Part shown: positions 1-14,890 of the stretch, piece after piece
How positions within the stretch are numbered: the stretch's first letter is position 1
How the letters are laid out: each line of letters starts with the position of its first letter
Assembly: GCA_043228905.1 (NCBI GenBank)
Contig: JBHGNT010000015.1
Coordinates: 17,608,001-17,672,000, forward strand
Direction: 5' to 3'
DNA from: Azolla caroliniana
Lineage: Eukaryota > Plantae > Polypodiophyta
Length of the DNA: 64,000 nucleotides
Position numbers and translations under genes: made by a program
The notes under the pieces: model-generated
What the model saw: only the letters and a program-made list of their open reading frames with translations
The model's database searches: none
Told to the model about the DNA's origin: nothing

Positions 1-2957
1 AACCTCATGAGTTCCTTTGTGTTTCTTGGGGCTTTCGCATCCATGATAGCTTGGACTTTGCTTGGGTTGATTGCGATACCTTCTTTGGAAACGACATACC
101 CGAGTAGCATGCCGCTCTGTACTGCGAATGCGCATTTGGCCGGATTAAGGCTCAACCTTGTCGTGTGACACTTCTGTAAGCATTTTGTCAAATATTCGAT
201 GTGTTCAAGGTGTGTGCTGAAGAGCACGAAGTCATCCAAGAACACTTGCATGAAATTCAGTATGAAGTTCTCAATGATTTCCATTACCATCCTTTGGAAA
301 GTGGCTAGCGCGTTCTTCAATTCGAACATTCATGACAACTGCCACAAAACCCCCCCATTTTGTTACAAAAGCTGTCTTCTCTTGGTTCTCTGCCATCCTT
401 ACTTGGTTGTAGCCGTCCCGCCACTGTATCCAAGATCATATCTGTGAAGGGTAATGGGAATGGATCACTGATTGTGGCTGCGTTGAGCCTGCGATAGTCC
501 ACTCATATACGGAGTTTGCCATTTTTCTTTGGTACTACAATGATCATGGATAGCCAGGTAGCTTTGTCGATTGGTTTAATGAATCCCACTTTCAAATGTT
601 TGTCGATTTCCTCTTTTATCTGCAGTGCATAGTTTGAGTTATCCTATATCATTGTTGTTTAACTGGCTTGGCATCTTCTTGGAGTTGGATGTGATGCTGG
701 TAGAACTTTGGATCGATGCCCTTCATCTCATCGTAGCTCCAAGCAAATACATCCTTGTATTCTTGTAAGATTGCAGTCAGTTTCTCTTTGAATGCCACGG
801 GTAATCCGGTACCAATTTTCATGATCTTGGGATCATCTGTTGTGCTCAAGATCAGATCCTCTAGGTCACCTTCCTGAGTGTTTAAGTTCCTTTTGGAAGT
901 TGTCTTCGGCGCAGACAACCTCCTGAATGCTATCTGGGAGTGGATTGGACTTATAGTGTTCAGCCAGCCGCAAAATGTCCATTTCGAACAGGTTTACCAA
1001 GTTTGGGATTGAATTGAGAATGTCCTCCGCTTCATCATCCTCCAGACCGGAAGATGTGCAATCCTTCCGTGACTTGTGGCCTATGCTGCCTAGAGAGTTG
1101 GGTGCGATTAACTGGAATCTGGATCTTTTTAGTCCTTTGCCGAATTTTTAGATATGGCTGATCCCACTTTTGTTCTAATTTGACCTTCTTCATCCAAGGA
1201 TGAGTTCACATCATCCATGTGGACAACCAGTAAGGCGATGTTGATGAACACTCCACCGATGTATATTGGAACACATGGTAACATGCCGAGGGGGCGAACT
1301 AGTCTCTGGTCTGCCATACAGAGTAGTGGTGCGGGTTCCCAGCCAGATAACCCAAGTTTCTTGCATAAGTGCTCCATAATGATATTCACGCCTCAGCCGA
1401 TATCGGCCACAATACTGCTCACCAACTGTCCCTTGATATGAGCATCTATCTGTATGGTTTCGTCATCGTAACCTTCAGCGAGGTATCCGGATCTTGGTCA
1501 CTGGTGGAGACTGTCAAGCTTTGTGCTCTTTTGCTGTCGTTAGTGGAATAGAGGTACTAGGGCTACCAGCTCGTCCACACGAAATGTAATTTTCTTTTTT
1601 CATAATGCCTCCCATATGTTTGTTTCTCCAGTTGGACTTTTGGGTTCATGTGTGAGGGCTGGGGCGGTATGTTCAGGGGTTACCGTTTTATTGGTGATAT
1701 TCTCTTGCAATAGCAACCCTCTTACTTCCTCATGGACGTTCTTCTCTACTTCCCATTCATTGTGCTTGGTTTGACTATGGGTGGCGACAAACACCTCTAC
1801 AGTATCTTCACCTTCCATTAATTTGACTTGGACCATGTTTACTGCTGGTTGTGTGCTTTTTCCCTTCTCCTTCAGAATTTCTGCTCGGTATGGGCAATTG
1901 GTTTTCTTATGGCCTTTTTCGTCGCAAATGAAGCAGCGCTTATCCCCACCATCTTTGTAGTCTCTCCATGGCTTGCCGTCTGAATTTCCTCTTTGTTTGT
2001 AATTGGGGCTACCTTTATTGTCAGGATAACTTCCTTTGGGCTGGTTGGTGTGTTCTGTATCCGGGGATTGTCCTGAAGCAATTGAGACAACTGCTACCTA
2101 AGCAACCGGTTTGTTCCTACCATCGTAATGACATGTGTGGAATGTTTGTTCATCTGACAGATAGTGCACCATTGGTTGTTTAGTCCACATTCTGTAGCTA
2201 AATGACCGGGATGTTTACATCGAGGACAGCATAGGTCCTGCCGAAAACTGGTGGATGATCTTGTGAGGCTACCATCCATTGATGTGGCCACCATTCCAAC
2301 TCCAAAACCCCTGGCACCAATCTCGTGGTAGCCGGCTATTCGCTGTGCCATGGTGATGAAGTCCTTGTGAGTTGAGCACGGTGCGTAAATTCATGGGCAT
2401 CACTTTAAAAATATTCTGTTGAGGAAGGCATCAGTTGGTCTAAATGCTGTTTTGATCCACTGTTGCGGGAGAGTAAAGCGGACAATAAAATCCCTCACTG
2501 GTTCGCCTAATCTCATCGTCATTATCTGTAGTGAACCAACCATCACCTGCTGGTCTGTATCTTCCTGAAACTGTCTCAGGAAAACTGTCTTGAGATCCTC
2601 AAATGTGGGGAACTGTGCATCATCCAAACATGCTCTCCACTTAGCTGCTTCGCCGATGAGGACCAACCCGAAGGCTGCCTTCTTCTTCACCTCACCAGTG
2701 TTTGCTCCCAGCTTGTATTTCTGGAAGCACTTGAACTGCTTGATGAAGACACCGGGATCTTCAACTAAGGAACCATGGAACAATATGAACTTCACCATGG
2801 ATGGTGACCTGGGTAGTGAATCAGCTGCTGGGGGTGGTACTGTCACTGCCTCCTTACCAGTCTCTAAACTCCCTTCTGCGGAATGGCTTATACTTCTGAA
2901 ACCACTCTCATCCTGGAGAACAAATGAATAAAGCGAAAATTCCTGACATACATCCAA
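1..2957 (-). mobile_element. Degenerate Ty3/gypsy (non-chromovirus) gag-PR-RT fragment, running off the left window edge; lies downstream of the last visible SEC3 exon
   Basis: Gag-like ORF 2400-2957; CCHC knuckles CPRCKHPGHLATEC / CTICQMNKH (2094-2351); protease region ~1130-1450; RT motifs EYKDVFAWSYDEMKGIDP, DYRRLNAATISDPFPLPF and VFLDDF (~228-246). Many stops and frameshifts. Similar to the pol at 29468-35260. Confidence 0.9.
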
Positions 2958-3223
2958 TATCCCACAACCTTCTGGTTGGGGGTACTGAACACTTGGGAAA
3001 TTTGATGAGCTTTTGGGGAAAATGTAGATATTCTACACAGACAGGTGAGTGATCCAAGATGGAGCAGTGTATATAACTTCCATGCCACGATGGTTACTCT
3101 AACCACTACATAACCAGAAGCAACCTTGTGTACTCTTTCACACACTGCTGATCATTGACAGCATGAAAATATAGCCATTTGATCCTCAGATCCCATGAAA
3201 GAAGGCACAAATAAAATGCTTAC

Positions 3224-6200
3224 CAGCTTTTTATAGGCTGCATCAACCATAGCTCTTGCATTACCCTGAACTAGATTTTCCAAGTTTCGTGCCAAGTCCG
3301 CAAACCTACCAAAAATGTTAAATGTGAAAGTTAGCCCTGCTCAATACAAAACAAGGTTGTAAAATATAAAGTATAAGGCAGGTCAATTGTGTGTAATCTG
3401 CTTAGGCAAAAAGGAAAGAAATACGGATACATCATGTTTATACTTGCATCTAGAAAATGTATTCTTCAAGAACGTCCTTGGAAAAGAAATCATTCCTGTA
3501 TTTTATACCTTGCGATGTATGTGAACACACCAATCTGCTTAAGATTACCATGCCTTTCAATATTATTGCACATGTCATCAACCAACTATAGAGACAAGAA
3601 AATGTGAAAATTAGAGTCATATATATGATGTCCACGCTTTTATCAATAGAACACCTTTAGAGACAGTGAAGTTTCCAAAGTTATTTAAGCAGCAATCATA
3701 CTCTGTTAAAGAATTTTGTGATCCTAGTTTGCAAATCGATCAAGAGACGCCGAACAAAACCAGCAGAATCAGCTTTCTGGCTGGACAGAAAGCGTTCTGT
3801 TGCCCCTTGCATGGAGATGCATCTTAAAGGGTCTGATTTGTACGCCCATTCTACTACCGCAAAAAAGTCCTCCTAAAATGAATCTCTTATGACAGTTTAA
3901 AATGCGTCATGTGATTAAAATCTACGATCCTCCTGAAATCTGAACTAAAACTTACCTGAATGCCATCCAGGAGTTCGTCCAGAGCTTTATTAAGGGAATC
4001 AAGGTCTGATGAGTCCTTTCCAGCTGTACAAAAAAAGTATTTATGAGCAATTAAAACACCCATTCATCAAACTGATTTGAACCAGAAGTGATATCACACT
4101 TACAACCATTAGTAGATACACCTGGACTATTTTTGTCATCTTCGTCAGACATCCTTCTATCAATTGATTCAGGTGGCACAAGAGGCAAGACATCAAAGCA
4201 CATGAAAGATGCAAAGAATGTGCTCTATTGACAAAAAAATGAGTCACTCAATAAACTTTCTTGCAGACAAAAAATGCAAAAAACTATGGTTCAACTTCTC
4301 CACTATCTGCTGGACAAACTAAATGAAGATCTCAATGAGAAATAAAAGTAAATAAAATGTCAGCCAGATGTAAATGATAGAAAGAAAGAAAGATAGATAT
4401 ATTAACGTCTTTTAAGAGGCCAAAATGGCCTATAAGACCAAACACGAGATTACATCTTAAGTGTTGTCTCGTCTTTGAGACCAACAAATCAAAATAAAAT
4501 AAATATTACTCCGTAAACATAAAAGTAACATAGCAAGATTTTTAAATGTGTCAAGATCTCAGCACTAGTAAGAACCAGGTTTCGCTTAGAACCAGCCTTC
4601 AGGCACTGCCCGATTGCAACTGAGGCTTTCAGTCCTATTTCAGGTCTCCAGCATCTGGATTTATGTCTTAAATAGTAACTAAAAATTAAATTTGTAGTTA
4701 TATTTAATGTGTGCATTTTAGGATTTCAGTTCTGTTGAAGATGCATTTTGGTTTTATTCTTCAATCACTCTTGGATCTACCTGTAAGAACTCCACATTTC
4801 AGCCGATTGCTTTTCACCCATTAAGGTGTGCAGGTTCGTTCTTTTTACATGTGCTTTAGGAGAACAAAAAATTAGCTCAGGATCAGATACCAAAATGGAC
4901 AATTTCCTATTTCTTGCGAGCACACAATTTTCTCAGCTTTTCTTCAGCAGAAATAACACATTTCAACCTTTCCTGGATCTATTGTTCATAAACAAAGGTC
5001 TGTTACATCTTTGAATCTGTCATATATTGAAGATTATATTTTGAGATATGTGGGGATTAAAACATGATGCATTTGTTTTCTATACTCCAATGCAGCAGGA
5101 TTAAACCTGGCCACAAAGCTTTAATGAACTGTTTATAAACTCCACGACATAGTAAGTTCTCAAGATTGCAACATAAACCAAAGGTGAACAGCAGAAGAAA
5201 ATGCCATATAAAAGATGAAACATTATCTTAATAAGTTTTCAAACGAAAATAACCTCATCAACCAACAAAGGTATGAATATTCGAAGCATTTTAGCATAGG
5301 CCTCTGAGGCTGTCGGAGTATCCACACTGCCAGCTCCTTGTCCTTCTAACCATGTTCCCCCTGGATTTAAATTTCGGTTTACCTTGGTGCTTGCTCTTAA
5401 TTCCTTCCCAAATTCTCTGGCCTGATAGTACACAAAACAAGACTAAATAAATAAAGAAAATTTCTGAAGGGAGAAACTAAGTCAGTGTCTAAATTTTGAA
5501 TTCATTAAGCTTAAAATATCATGTTGGCGTTCATATTCTCTTGCTTATATAAAGAAAGTATTTCACACCTCACGTCTCAGTAGAAAATTTAAGGAATGGC
5601 AATATGCCCTCCGTAATGGCATCAAAGAGCTTTTATCAAGATTCTAACAGAACAAAAAAAAGAGTAAATTGCTGAATGATAGTAAATAGCTGCAAAATTA
5701 TTAAACTAAATCATATGGTAGCACACCTTTAAATGTTGAAGCATCCTGGCATATGTGCGACATTTAAATCTTAAATCTGCATGATCTGGCCTTTTGAGTT
5801 GTCCCGTCTATAAAAACGTTTTGGAGGATATAGTTTAGTAGGTGCATGTAATGCATGAAAATAACAAGCTCCAATCCAGCACCATAGAAAAATAGGTTTT
5901 GTCATTGATCATGAAATCTACTAGACTGGAAAAATAATTTTGTAGGAACTCCGATGCCCTCTTTACAAATGTTGACTTTATTATCTCCAGTTCGGCCCGT
6001 TTTTCTTTTACCTGTGATTAACGCAACACATGAACATTTATATACATTCAAAAGCACAGACCAAGAGTTCCAACTCAGGATTCAGGTCAGGCAATGAAGG
6101 CAGGGATATTAAGTTTTTTTCCATAAAAGATATCACAGCAACGCTAAGGTACACAAGTTTTATAATAATGGCTGATCGATTCAATGAAGAAGAAACAGTC

Positions 6201-9200
6201 TTCCTTTAAGACCTTGGAGAGAAAATTCAGGATAGTCATTGATTGGAGAGAAACTTTATGAAATATCTCTGGAAAAAGTAAATACAACTGTACTTACTGC
6301 CCGCATGTTCATATAGCCGTTCTCCAAATGGGGCGACTCCAGAGAACGTAATGTTTGTGTCAACCATTCACATGCCTCCACGTTTTGTGGCATACGAGCC
6401 TCCTCGAATGATCCCACAGTCAATGATGACAAATACTGAATAGAAATGAATCCATTTATTAATTAAGTGTTTGAGAGAATAGACATCAATTGAGCTACAA
6501 GATGGCTTGCCTCATTTGGTATCCTTAACAGCTCCAACAGGTTGTTCAATTCCTCAACAAGTGCAGTGTTATTAACTTCCACCATCTCCAATTTATTGTG
6601 TCTCATTTCAATCTGGGACAATAATTTAGGATCCTCAATTTTATCTATTCACAAAGCTATCCTCAACATCTACAAAGTATACTAAAGTTGGCCTATGATA
6701 AATGAGAGTCCTCTTTTTACACACCGATTGAATATCTTCACGCATATGTGTCAGCTTCACATTGAACATCCGAAGCCATTCATCAAGATCATCAACGTTG
6801 GAAGAAACCATAGTTAGCTGGTACAAAACCTGCACATAACTTGTGTTCTAAATAATAAATAAATAAATAAGATGCAAATATATGATCAGAACCATACCTC
6901 GTCCACAAGTGGCTGGCTCTCTAAAATAAAATGAACATTTGCAGCTTCTAATGCAACAAGCTCTTGCTTCAACCTCTCAGACAATGCTTCTGCTTTATCA
7001 ATGCCCATAAGATACCTGTGAATTTAGAAATGCCAGTTTAATGAAGATTAGAAACACACAGTACATCCCAGTTGCTACAGTATAGAATATCTGCTACAAG
7101 CATTAGCTTTCTAGAACAACCGCAAAGCAAACACAATTGTTTTATATCCAGTTCTGTTATTTTGATATGATTCACCACTGTTAGTGAACCTTCCAATCAG
7201 GATTAATCGCAGCTATTTGTACCCTCCTAATTCCCAGGAAGAAAGAAACATGTGTTAATGTCTTTTGAGAGGCCAAAATGGCCTATGTGATCAAACGAGT
7301 CAATATATTTTAAAATGTTGTCTCACCTTTGAGAGCAATAAACAAATATAGCTAAATTAATAAAACTACCTACAGTGCCAATAAATCTTGTTAGTTAAGC
7401 ATTTGAGCTTAGATGAACTGAAACTGCCAAAGGTACCAGATAATCTCATGAGAAGAAAGAAGAAAGAAAGATATATTAATGTCTTTTAAGAGGCCAAAAT
7501 GGCCTGTGGAATTCCCTCCTTAAACAAAAAATAAAAGCCGTAAGTGAACAATGGAAATCCTGATTTCCATGTTATTCACATCTAATATGCATAGAATCAT
7601 GTTTGAAATTTCTCAATGACCTTTAATTTTTTAGAACATGATGTCTATATCTGAAAATTCACCTATATCATCAGTTATCGTTTTTCAATTACCTTAATAT
7701 AGCTGAAAATACAAAGAAGCATTAAGAAATCAAGACATGGCAGCACATACGGATCGAGTAGCGTTTCAATATCTTCTTCTTCTGCCTTTGAAACTAGATC
7801 CCTCTCCATAGTTATTGTTGTCTCCTTTAAGACATCAGTAGGGATAACCATTTCAATATCACGAGATGTTGCCAGTGGAAGTGCCTTGGCATTTTCCTGT
7901 ACATGTAAAAGGGAGTACATCTCATAGTACTAAAGTGGATACTAGTAAGTAGACTAGAAGCAATCCCCTCCCTACACTTGTACCCAGGTTGGCATTTGGA
8001 AGCAAAATATGAACTCACAAAATGCAAAACTTCAAACCTGCGCCCAAAGAGCCATTTCTACCACATCCAAGCCGATTATCTTAGGCCAGCGGCCAAGATT
8101 TTCTTTGCATAGTTTTAAAATGCAAGTCAAGAACCTATTTCTGTTGATAGAATACCAAAGAAATCCAATCAAAAATAAAGAAAAATACCAGCTTTGATAA
8201 AACCACTCACAGTAGGAACTGACTTCACCTGTCATCAACACTCCGCATACTCCATTGTGGTGGAGACACACTTTGATTTTTCAGGTTGTCAAATCCCTAG
8301 AGATAAAATAAATTGAGATATAAGATAAAAATATACACATGGTTGTATTAACACACAAGATGGAGAAAGGACAGAGAATGACCAATATGAATGTACAGCC
8401 AGCCATATCACTTGGTACAGCTTCAATCTTGATAAGATGCTTCAGTTTATATGCTTTTTCTGGCTAAATCAATTCCAAAGCCCATGTGCTGTAAGTTCAT
8501 TGCTCAAGCCAATCTTCATATTCTCTTAGCAGTATTTTCATAGTTGGTGATATACCTGAAACCCAAGAGATGAGATCTTCAACACTTGAAGGTTTACCTC
8601 AAACTTCTGTCTGGTTTCTGATCTTTTTGCTGCATCAAAAAGTTTGTTTTAAGATCTAGCATTAACTTATTGACATATGTAACTGTGTAGAAGATGAAAA
8701 TTCTGCGATTAAACTTTAGAATGTGTATGTGGTAATGAATAAATGATTTAAAGAAAGAAAAAGATAGATATATTAATGTCTTTTAAGAGGCCAAAATGGC
8801 CTATAAGACCAAACAAGACATTACATCTTAAGTGTTGTCTCATCTTTGAGAACAACAAATCAACAAGCCCACACCATGTTGCAAGAGAAGAACATGCCCA
8901 AGATCTATAGGGCAGAGGCAGCAGTTACGGCTGTGTATCTCATCAATAGGTGCACAACTGAGGGTGCCCATGACATCACCCCTCACAAGAAGTATTTTGG
9001 GACAAAGCCAGAGCTTTCACACTTAAAAGGTTTTTGGCAGCATTGCATATGTGCATGTACTTGATGAGAAGCAGAGAAAGCTTGACCCAAAATCGGAGAA
9101 GATGATCCTCGTCGGTTATTCACTTGAGCAAAAGGGTTATAAGTGTTTTAACCCCGTCACTCTACAGTCATGAGTAAGCCGAGATGTGGTATTTGATGAG

Positions 9201-12200
9201 GTGGCATCATGGTATGGCCTTGCATCAGTGACCCCCCTTGTGTTCGAAACAAGCAGATCTGGAGCAGATTCTGAGAGTGAAGAAGAAGAGATGCTGACGA
9301 CCATTATGAGTGGAGAACCAGCAGAGAGTCTGCCTGCACTCCAGCTGATTGGACCTGAGGTGTCGTCTAGCAATCAGAGTCTTGCAGGCATGAAGAAACC
9401 TCTGATGTGGTATCACCTTGTTGCTACACCCGCCGAAAGAAAAAAAAGGGCAAGATGCCTGACCAAGAGGCCAAGGGCACAACATCTGTGAAAACTCAGA
9501 TCAATCACCCCGATCGGTTGACAATAAGTATGAAATAAAGAAGGCCCTAAAGGTGACCAAAGGAAAACTCCGTCAATCGAACCGACAAAAGAACCCAATA
9601 GTAAGGTTCGGGTACAATGAGTACATGGCGCACCACTATGTATTCATGATGAAGGTCACTGCAGACCAAGAACCCGAGACTTACAAAGAAGCTGCCCAAG
9701 ATCCCCGGTGGATCGAGGCAATGAGGGAGGAAATGCGTGCGTTGTTTGACAACGATACTTGGGATTTAGTCCCATCCTTTGAAATAAAGAAAAAGTCAAT
9801 TAGTTGCCGTTGGGTGTTCAATATAAAGCATAATACGGATGGCACGGTCAATCGGTTCAAGGCTCCGCTAGTCGCCAAAGGGTATGCTCAAACCCATGGC
9901 GTAGACTATGAGGAAACATGGTGGCAAAAACGTGAGGATGGTAATTGCACTCGTAGCAGTGAGAGGGTAGCACTTGCATCAAATGGATGTGAAGAATGCA
10001 TTCCTCCAAGGTGAGCTCGAGGAAGAAATTTACATGATGCAACCACCAGGCTTCGAATCGAGCAAATATCCACATGCAGTTTGCCGATTGAAGTAGCCGC
10101 CCTATGGACTGAAGCAAGCCCCAAGAGCATGGCATTCAAAGATCACATCATATCTTCACGACATTGGCTTACAAACGTCAAAATCTGATAACTCGTTGTA
10201 TATCCAAAACAATCCCAAAAACCCCGTCTTCTTAATCTTGTATGTCGATGACCTTGTCATCGGTGGAAAAAGCCTCACCAAGACACAAAAGATTAAAAAG
10301 CTGCTTTTAGAGAAGTTCGAGATGGAGGATCTGAATGACTTACATTATTTTCTCGGCATCGAGGTCATTCGAACTCCAGAAGGGTTCCTACTCTCACAAC
10401 AACACTATGTGTTGAACTTACTCTACAAGTTCGGAATGACCGAGTGTAAGTCCATCTCGACACCCCTTGATCAAAATATGAAGCTAACTGCTGATTCTGG
10501 CAAATTCTGCGAGCTGACACAGTATCGCCAAATAATCGGGAGTCGTATCTACTTAACTATCACTCGACCAAACCTCAGCTATCTGATTGGGCTTCTTAGC
10601 CAGTTCATGCAAACCCCCCGCGATACTCACATGGATTGTGCTAAGCGAGTGTTATGTTATGTTAGTGGAACACTTGATTATGGTATCTTCTATAAGCGTG
10701 GCGTACCAGTTCGACTCGAAGGCTTCACGGATGTTGATTGGGCGAGCAATGCATCTGATAGGAGATCCACTTCAGGATTTATGTTTTCACTCGGTAGTCG
10801 AGCAATCTCTTGGAGCAGCAAGAAACAACCAACAGTGTCTCTATCGAGCACTGAGGCGGAGTGTAGGGCCGCAGCTAACAATCAGCAACGGTTCGGTTTG
10901 AGAGTGTCAAAAGCGAACCATTTAAATTTTTTGAAACTTGAACTGAACCACAAAACCGTTAAACCAAACCGTTAAAACTACGGTTTCGTGGTTCAACCGT
11001 TAAACCAAACCATTAAAAAAATTTCAAACCGTTAAAACTACGGTTTTCACCTAAGGTCAAAATTCAAATTTAAAATTTTTAAATTTCAAAATTTTAAAGA
11101 TTTTCCTAAAATGAAAAGATTGTTTTAAAAATAAATAAAAATTAATTTTAAAAAAATAAAAAAACGTTAAAACGCGGTTTCTAACTATTGAAACTGAACC
11201 TGAACCGAACCGAACCGCTTAAACCATTAAGCCGTGGTTTCACGGTTTGGTTTGGTTCAAACCAACCGAACCGTTGTTGACTGTTAGCTGCAGTTGTAGC
11301 TGCCTACGAAGCTGTATATGGCTTAAAAGACTGCTGAAGACTTCAACAAATTGGTGAACAAGCCAATACTTGTCCACTGAGATATTCTCAGCAGCATCCA
11401 ACTCGCAAAGAATCCGGTGTTTCACGCCTCGACTAAGCACATCCTGGTGCACTATCATTACATCCATGAGCGCATATTGGTCAGCGACATTGACCTCCAA
11501 TACATTGGCACCAACGGGCAGGTGTCTGATATTTTCCATAAGGTGCTAGGTCTCGACAAGCTACGGCAATTCTCAGTGGATCTCGGCCTTAGACCACTCA
11601 ATATGCTAAACTTGGGGGGAGTACAAGTACAAAGACGAAGGAAAACATGGGGAATCAGCACCATAAAAGAGGAAGAGTGAGACCGGCATCGGCAAAGTAA
11701 GGCCGGCACATCTAATCCAACTTGACCCAGCAAGTTAGAGGAAGAATTTTCAAAGCCCGGAATTTTTTAAGTTAGAGATAAACCCAACCCTATCGGCACC
11801 CTTGATAAGCTCGAAATTTTGGATCAGCAAGATCGACCTTGCTAGATCAAGATCAAGTACATAGGAACAATGGGAAAACCACAGTCTAGTAGTCCGACCA
11901 ACTGCAGCCGGGTCTTTAACTACACCAAGACAACCAAGCTTAAGAGGACACACAATTGACCTTGAGGGGGCATGTTGAGAATCAACCTCAACTTGTGTGA
12001 ACATGTGCTTATGAAGAAAAGGACGATGTGTGAAAAAGTGTGTGAACACACTTTATTGTAATCTGTGTAGTTGTCGAGTGTTAATGTGGTCAAAGAATAT
12101 TAGATCTCCGAGCCAGACCTCAACTATCCAGTCGGGCTCCTTAGCCAGTTCATGCAAACCCCCCGCACCTCACATGGATTGTGCTAAGTGAGTGGTACGA

Positions 12201-14856
12201 TATGTTAGTGGAACACTTGATCACAGTATCTTCTACAAGTGCGGAGTACCACTTCGACTTGAAGGGTTCGCGGATGTTGATTGGGCAAGCAACGCATCTA
12301 ATAGGAGATCCACTTCAAGATTTATGTTCACTCGGGACCATAGTTCCTAATATTCGCGTACGTCCAATTTACTGGACGTACACGAACGTTTGCAAACGTA
12401 CGCGTATGATACGCGATATTCGTTTGACTTTTTTTTTCTTTTGACTTTTTTTTTTCTTTTGACATTTTTTTGGTTTTTTTAATTTTTGATATTCATAATA
12501 TTTTGTGAATAGAAGTGACATCTGACACACATACACACTCTCTCTCTCTCTCACACGAGAACTGACAGATTTTCTCTCTCTACAAAATCTAGATATCTAA
12601 TATACATATTACATACTCCCTCACACAGACAAAACCCATAGCTCCTCTCTCTCTCTCTCTCTCTAGAGTCTAGATATACACTCAATCACTGTCTCCTCAC
12701 ACATGCAAAACAGGGCTTCTCTCTCTAGACCACACACGCTCTCTCTCTCTCTCTCTCTCCCCCTCACACACACACACACACTATGTACACCATATACACC
12801 ATATGTATATATAATATATCTATGTACCGCGTATGGATTTCAATCATACTTGGAGCCTTTTCACGTATGAGTATGATACGAATATTGGCGTTTGAGTATG
12901 ACACGAATGGGACGTATGGCTAGAACTATGCTCGGGACTTGTATATCAAACCCCCTTGGCCCATTGTGTTTAGTTGATGATCTTTAGTTGATTAATATAG
13001 CTTTCTCTTCAGTGCATAAGTTGACATCCCCCTACTGTGTATTTTCTTATTTTCTAGTTATTTTCTCTAATTCCTTCTCTTGCTCACACACCCACTCTCA
13101 CACACGCACCACGCTTCCGCATACTCAACTCTACGAGAGTTAGATTCTTTACACATCATAACTCTTGCTTCATTCCTTTGGGAATATAGGTTCTTTTAAC
13201 ATATCCCAAACACTTTCACATGTCGTGCAAGATCGAATATGTGGAACAATGTGACGTTTGATTGACAATGCAATGGGAGCATGGGCTTGAGCCTCCATAT
13301 CATCTCACTTAAGTTGTGACGAAGTAGATTGTTGAGGAATGGAGCTTGAAGCATTATTTGAGTCAGCTATTCCTGAAGAGCAGAGAGCGTTTGGAGAAGA
13401 ACTTGACGTTGGACGTTCATCAGATGCGATGACAATGTCCCATAACTACTTTGTAACCAATACAAGTCTCATCATGTATGCCCACATAGGATAGTTAATA
13501 CCATCCAACTTGTCTTAAGCATTAAGCATGCCAAAAATATTAATTTCCTCAGCCATTACAAAAAAATTTATATCAAGAAATATGGATGAGATATTTCAGT
13601 ATTTGGTGGTTTTCTTCACCAAAATGTACCAAAGCAATAAAATATTGAAGAATCGTACAAATAGGCTGAAAGAAATAGAGAAGAGTTATTGTGTTGTGCT
13701 GGAAACTGGTTTTCCTGTGCTAAAAAACGGTTGTTGCAGTTGTGCAGTTAGGTTTTGAGATTGCTGCAAATTTTGTTTTGGATGTATCTCCAGAACCAAA
13801 AATCTAATTCGGGTGTATAAGTTGTCGAAAGAATCGGCTCAAAATCTACTTTATGAAAATGGGAAAATAGAAAAGATCTCGTCTACTGCAGTTTTCTGTT
13901 GTTCAAACTGTTTGTCGTTATAGATGAAGAGGTTCAACGTCTTCTTAGAGGGGAAGAGATAAAGAGAAAGATCTCTATATGCTGCCTATTAGGAGGAATA
14001 TGATAGAGAAAGTAACCTCAACCTGCTCTGATACCATTTATAGAAAATACAAGGACCATAGGCTAACTCTCACACAACAAGATCACTTAGGAGTAGATTA
14101 GGAAAAAGGAGCTTGTGATTACAAAGATGTAGAATGGTTTATATTCAGTTGAAAACCCAACAGTCACTTAACTAGGTTCACGTTATTCTAACTATGTTCA
14201 CACTGAACAATTACTTAACTAGGTTCACACTATTTTAACAATATACACAACAAAGCTTTCATAGGATACACATTAAATGTAACAACCATGATGGATTTAT
14301 GCACATTTTTGGCAGATCCATGATATCGTTGGAATGCAGCTGAATTGATATCAAAACAATGACAGAATATGATGGAAATGCAGCCGAATTGATGTCATGT
14401 GAATGCAGTTGAATTTTCTATCGCAGCCCATATCGTTATATGGGAGACGAGCATTTTGTTTGTTTGATATAAAAATGAAGAAAAAACCCAAGAAAAAGAT
14501 GGAGACATCTTGGAAGATCAATCAACAAAACTACAATGGCCATATTGAGAGTAATTGGTTCAGGAATCAAATAAAACAAAAAAACTACCAGATAGAACTT
14601 CCACAAAAGTTAAACAAAATGTAGATGTGCAATTCTCAGGCAATCTACAAAACAAAATGTAGATGTAGATATCGATCTGTGAAAGAAAAATGCTTATATA
14701 GAAAGAGCATTCTGTTTTGAGGCAGGAAAAACAGAAGTTTATAAAAATTGACAGGAAATTAAATAAAAAAATTTTGATTTGGAGTTATAGCTCTAGAAAA
14801 CCCAGCTGGCTATGTATATGTACTATAATATGATTATATACATAGAGAGAGAGAGA

Positions 14857-14890
<34 letters not shown>

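Larger units (their letters stand above)
8863..13153 (+). mobile_element. 5'-truncated Ty1/copia element (IN tail, RT, RNaseH, PPT, rearranged 3' LTR) in SEC3 intron 1
   Basis: [84 protein letters not shown] gagggggca at 11964-11972; LTR TGTTGAGAATC from 11973 to gattctttaCA at 13153. Frameshifted. Confidence 0.88.

Noticed and set aside
2960-3145. 5' LTR/PBS of the left-edge gypsy, or a further SEC3 exon
   Set aside because: Begins TG but has no PBS or partner LTR in the window, and its translation does not match SEC3.
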